Made by a program: the position numbers and the translations under genes. From Kofleriaceae bacterium (GTDB lineage Bacteria; Myxococcota_A; Polyangia; Haliangiales; Haliangiaceae): a stretch of DNA of 64,000 bases. The notes beneath the pieces are model-generated. The model searched no databases, was not told the origin of the DNA, and saw nothing but the letters and a program-made list of their open reading frames with translations. The stretch spans positions 1-64,000 of the forward strand of contig CBDCCZ010000005.1 of NCBI GenBank assembly GCA_965215005.1, read 5' to 3'. Below are positions 60,183 to 64,000 of this stretch, in pieces. How positions within the stretch are numbered: position 1 is the stretch's first letter; every line of letters begins with the position of its first letter.

Positions 60183-61889
60183 TCACTGAGCGCGACGCTG
60201 GATGGGCAGCTCGACGCGCAAGCGAGCACCGCCGATCGGGGCGTCGCCCGCGCTGATACGGCCGCCGTGGTCACTCACCACCCGCTGCGCGATCGCCAGG
60301 CCAAGGCCGGTGCCGCCGACCGCGTGCTTGGTGGTGAAATAGGGCGTAAACAGCCGGTCACGGTCCTCTGCGGCGATTCCAGGACCGTTGTCATCGACGA
60401 GCAGCACCACCGTTGAATCGCCGGCAAAGGTCTGCACCACGATGCGTCCATCGGAGCGACCGGCGAGGGCGTCCCGGGCGTTCTCGAGGAGATTCAGCAC
60501 CACTTGCGCGAGCTGATCGCGATCCGCCATGAGCGTGGGCAGCTCGCCCAAGTGCCGCTCGATGCCCAATGAGCCTTCATAGAGCGTCAAGGCGCTGCGC
60601 ACTACCTCAGTGAGATCGCAGACCTCGAGCGTGGGCTTGGGCAGGCGCGCGAACTCCGAGAACTCGGAGACGATGCGTCCGAGGCGGCGGGTCTCCTCCA
60701 GGACCGTACGGGTCGACTCCTCGAAGATTTCCTCGAATCCCGCATGCTGCGTCTTCCACGCCTTGCGCACCGTCTCGACCGACATTTGAATGGGCGTTAG
60801 CGGATTCTTTATCTCGTGCGCCAACCGCCGCGCAACCTCCTGCCAAGCCGCCACCCGCTCTACCATTACCAGCCGCTGGTTGGAGCTAGCGAGGTCAGCC
60901 ATCATTCCGTTGAACGCGTCGGCGACGGCGCCGATTTCGTCGCGCGCTCGCACCACCACGCGATACTCGAGGTCGCCGGCAGCAGCGTGGGCCGCGCCGA
61001 CCACCAGCGTATCGAGATCGCGGGTCATGCGGCGCGCCAGCCATGCCCCCAGCAGCACCGTGACGAGCAGCGCCAACGCCGCCAGCGCGACCGCCATCCG
61101 CGTGACCTGCGCGAGCAACGCAGGCAATCCGGCGTCGGACACCGCGACCTCCAGCACGGCCACCGGTGCGCCGTCGGCACCAAGGAGCGGCCAACGGCTC
61201 GGAGGCATCGATGAAACGGCGCTAATTTTCGTGAGCTCGCCGGCAAGCAGCGGCTCACCGCTCGGCCGCACCAGTCGCGCCTCAACCTCGCCAGGCCGCC
61301 GCAGGGCCTCGAGGAGCTCGGTGCCGACCTCGCGGCCACCGACGACCACCGCCTGGTAGCCGTCCTCGCTGGTGCTGCGGACCGCTTCGAGCACCAACAC
61401 GTCGACCAGCGTATTCGCGCGACTCACGGTTTCGAGCGCATAGAACGCATTCGCAGTGCGGGCGTGACCGAGCATCGCGGGCGCGGTGCTGCCAACCAGC
61501 CCCGGATGGTGCGGCGCCTCCAAAACCTGGCCGTCGCGATCGAGCACGAAGAGCACCGCCAATCCCAAGCCCAGCATCGTTGGTCGCCCGGTCTCGCGCA
61601 GTCGTCGTTCGAGGTCCGCCGTGAGCATTCCATCGGTGGAACGGAGGCCGAGGAGCAGCCCGCCGACGAGTGGGTGCGCCCGATCGGCGAGCGACTCGAC
61701 GTTGGCGTTCACGAGGTTCTGCAGGCGCTCAAGCTCACGCTGAGCCTGCCGCGCGACGTTCTCGCGTTGCTGCTGATAATCGCGTTGATAGCTGCGGCTC
61801 ACCACGTAGCGGGTCACCAGCGCGGCCATCGCAATCGGCACCAATGCCGCGAGCGCAAACCAAAGCGTGAAGCGTCCGCGCAGCTTCAC
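60183..61889 (-). CDS. NtrY-like HAMP sensor histidine kinase
   Basis: AWQEVARRLAHEIKNPLTPIQ, NLLENA, DNGPG, PYFTTK, GTGLGL. Confidence 0.92.
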   Translation of the reverse strand: MKLRGRFTLWFALAALVPIAMAALVTRYVVSRSYQRDYQQQRENVARQAQRELERLQNLVNANVESLADRAHPLVGGLLLGLRSTDGMLTADLERRLRETGRPTMLGLGLAVLFVLDRDGQVLEAPHHPGLVGSTAPAMLGHARTANAFYALETVSRANTLVDVLVLEAVRSTSEDGYQAVVVGGREVGTELLEALRRPGEVEARLVRPSGEPLLAGELTKISAVSSMPPSRWPLLGADGAPVAVLEVAVSDAGLPALLAQVTRMAVALAALALLVTVLLGAWLARRMTRDLDTLVVGAAHAAAGDLEYRVVVRARDEIGAVADAFNGMMADLASSNQRLVMVERVAAWQEVARRLAHEIKNPLTPIQMSVETVRKAWKTQHAGFEEIFEESTRTVLEETRRLGRIVSEFSEFARLPKPTLEVCDLTEVVRSALTLYEGSLGIERHLGELPTLMADRDQLAQVVLNLLENARDALAGRSDGRIVVQTFAGDSTVVLLVDDNGPGIAAEDRDRLFTPYFTTKHAVGGTGLGLAIAQRVVSDHGGRISAGDAPIGGARLRVELPIQRRAQ

Positions 61890-63328
61890 GAGTCACGCTC
61901 GCCAATGAGGAACACGTCAGCGAGCCGCAAGCGCGCACGCCGATCGAAGAACAGACCGCCGAGCGCGGTCACGTGGTGGACGCGAAGCGCGCGGTGCAGC
62001 AACACGATGAGGGGCTGGCGGCGCGCGAGCTCGGCCGCGAGCACGTCGCCGTCGAGCTCCCCTCGGCGCAGAGATCGAGCCGCCACCGGATCGCCTGCGG
62101 CGGCAAGTGCCGCGGCAGTGAGCAACGCCGGCGTCGCGACCGACGCGGCGAGCTCACCGATGAATAGGTCGGCGCGCGCGGCGCGCGCCTGCCATTGGAC
62201 TGCGTCTACCGCGATGATCACCGAGCGCAAACCGAGGCGATAAAGCGCCGCCTGCACCCTCTCCGCGACCACCTGATCGCCGTTGCGGGTGCGATCGATG
62301 ACGAGCTCGAGAATTAGCGAGGAGTCGCCCAGCACCGGTGCTTCGGCGCGAGCCCGGCGCAAGGCTGCACGCGCCGCGCTCACATCGGCTTTGAGCGCGC
62401 GAGCAGTGGCGCCAGCACCTCCGAGCGCAGCGGGTGCGACGTGCACCGTGGGCAGTAGGAGCGCGCCGCTCGCAACGACGTTCCGAGCGACCCCGAGTGA
62501 TAGTGCCCGGCGAAACCAGCGGCTGGTTTGCAACGCGGAATGACGGCCTCCAACGCCGAGGTACACCAGCGCGGTCGCCGGGCCATCGACGGTGGTGGTG
62601 GGATACTTTGGTTGGTGGCCGACAAAGGCCACGTCACCGGCAAGCGAGAACTCCGCACCGCCTATCTCGTAGCGGCGCGCTTCTTCGTCCGCACCGACGA
62701 ACCACGCCAACTCGATGCGATCGAGATACGGGCGGCCAGCAAAGTGCAGCTCGTTTGCGAGTAGCACCAGGCGTCGATTGGCGCGGTCGAGGCGCTCGAG
62801 CACGAACGGACCCGAGCCAAGCGGCGCCGCGCTCGAGCCGCGATGGCTCGAGGTGATAGCGGTTGCAGGAGCCGACAGCAGCATGGCGAGCTCGGGTGTC
62901 GGCCGATGCAAGTGCACCAGCAGTGCCTCCCCCTCGACCTCTAGCGCTGCCACCGGCGCAAGCAGCCATGTTGGGCGCCGCAAGCTCCGTTGCAGTGACT
63001 CCAGCACGTCGGCCGCACGCAGTGGCGTTCCGTCGGAGAAACGCGCCCCTGGCCGCAACGCAATTCGCACGTCATGAGTGCCTGGCACCGGCTCGGGCAG
63101 AGTCGCCGCCAGGTGCGGAACCACGCGCTCGCCCTCGAAGCGATAGAGGGTGTCAAAGAGCAGCGAGACCAGCGTGAGCTCGGCTTGGCTTTGCGCTGCG
63201 CTCGGCTCGAGGCTCGCCGGCTCTGAGGGCAGCGAGCCGCGCAGGCTGCCGCCGTAGACCGGGCGCAGCTCGGCCGCAGCGGGCGCCGCCCACAGCATCG
63301 CAGCGCACGCGATTGCCGCAAGCCGCAT
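61886..63328 (-). CDS. Family-5 ABC-type substrate-binding protein
   Basis: Signal peptide; P.SLEP, LFDTLY, PHLA, FSDGTPL.A.DV, GSGPF, GRPYLD. Confidence 0.85.
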   Translation of the reverse strand: MRLAAIACAAMLWAAPAAAELRPVYGGSLRGSLPSEPASLEPSAAQSQAELTLVSLLFDTLYRFEGERVVPHLAATLPEPVPGTHDVRIALRPGARFSDGTPLRAADVLESLQRSLRRPTWLLAPVAALEVEGEALLVHLHRPTPELAMLLSAPATAITSSHRGSSAAPLGSGPFVLERLDRANRRLVLLANELHFAGRPYLDRIELAWFVGADEEARRYEIGGAEFSLAGDVAFVGHQPKYPTTTVDGPATALVYLGVGGRHSALQTSRWFRRALSLGVARNVVASGALLLPTVHVAPAALGGAGATARALKADVSAARAALRRARAEAPVLGDSSLILELVIDRTRNGDQVVAERVQAALYRLGLRSVIIAVDAVQWQARAARADLFIGELAASVATPALLTAAALAAAGDPVAARSLRRGELDGDVLAAELARRQPLIVLLHRALRVHHVTALGGLFFDRRARLRLADVFLIGERDS

Positions 63329-64000
63329 CAGTTGAGCGTCCAGAGCTCGACCCTGGTCGAGCCGGCTTGGCGTACGGCAATCACCGCTTCGTCGCGACCG
63401 TCGCCATCGATATCGCCGATAGCTGCGCCCGCGATCCCGCCGGCGAAGGCGCGCGCGATGCGCTGCTGCGAGCCGCTCGCGCGCAGCGAAACCACCCGAA
63501 CGTCATCCGCCTCGCCCGGCGCATGAGCACCCGAGAGGACAAGCTCAACCTCACCATCGCTGTCGACGTCGCCCAACGCGAATGCGACACCCACGCCGCG
63601 AAACTCCCCATACCGCCCGCTCGCTACATGGTTGCGGCGGGTGACACGTCTGCGTCTGCACCGTGAGCACCCCGAATCGATCGACCACGGCGCGAGCGGC
63701 GAGCGCGCGACCGTCGCGATCGACCAGGTCGCGACAGCGAAGCGCGTAGAACTGCGGCGGCAGTGCATCATGAGCCCCGACCGTCGCGGAGGCTTCGAAG
63801 TAGTTGCGGCCCGCGGCGAGGTCGGCGCTGGTGCCCGGGCACAGCGGGAAGCCCTGCACCAGCTCGGCTCCCGCGACCAGCGCGCCTTCCGCCCATTCGA
63901 AGACAGCCGCGACCCCGCGGGTGCTGGAGCGCGCCCAGATTTGCCGCCTTCCGCGATTATCGCCAATCCAAAGACTCCCCACCACGTCCCGGGGCTGCAT
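63328..64000 (-). CDS. C-terminal part of an FG-GAP/VCBS-repeat protein (apparent frameshift near 63620; 5' end outside the window)
   Basis: GDVDSDGEVELV and GDIDGDGRDEAV motifs lie in one frame; protein-like sequence upstream lies in another frame. Confidence 0.65.
   Translation of the reverse strand, partial: CSPGTWWGVFGLAIIAEGGKSGRAPAPAGSRLSSNGRKARWSREPSWCRASRCARAPAPTSPRAATTSKPPRRSGLMMHCRRSSTRFAVATWSIATVARSPLAPWSIDSGCSRCRRRRVTRRNHVASGRYGEFRGVGVAFALGDVDSDGEVELVLSGAHAPGEADDVRVVSLRASGSQQRIARAFAGGIAGAAIGDIDGDGRDEAVIAVRQAGSTRVELWTLN

Overview
High-GC bacterial DNA, most likely Myxococcota (MXAN_5187-family protein, a MYXO-CTERM-like sorting tail, many lipoproteins, sigma-54 signalling). Bases 1-13.6 kb form an accessory defence island on the minus strand. 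It reads: excisionase/MAD1-like HTH, then the four-gene restriction-like system (DUF499 ATPase, DUF3780, DUF1156 adenine methyltransferase, PLD-SNF2 helicase), a HARE-HTH/Mrr endonuclease, and the first two genes of a Lamassu/ABC-three-component system that runs off the left edge. A truncated nucleotidyltransferase-like fragment and an internally deleted IS3 element bound it on the right. The rest is mostly core or envelope genes: xth, two CDP-alcohol phosphotransferases, pgpA, an HK/NtrC pair, pabB-like, SLT, nadB, ffh, GH31, GT2/GT-C/sulfatase-fold genes, cysD-cysNC, comEC, GreA-like, and an HK/SBP pair. The most unusual signal is a non-coding, CTAG-bounded, hairpin-rich dispersed repeat of about 115 bp that lacks terminal inverted repeats. 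It occurs three times (34763-34880, 51345-51458 inverted, 59583-59618 partial), always at gene 3' ends. Several single-base frameshifts (first 1.3 kb, ~18490, ~63620) suggest indel errors in the assembly. All family assignments come from motif recognition by eye; no searches were run.
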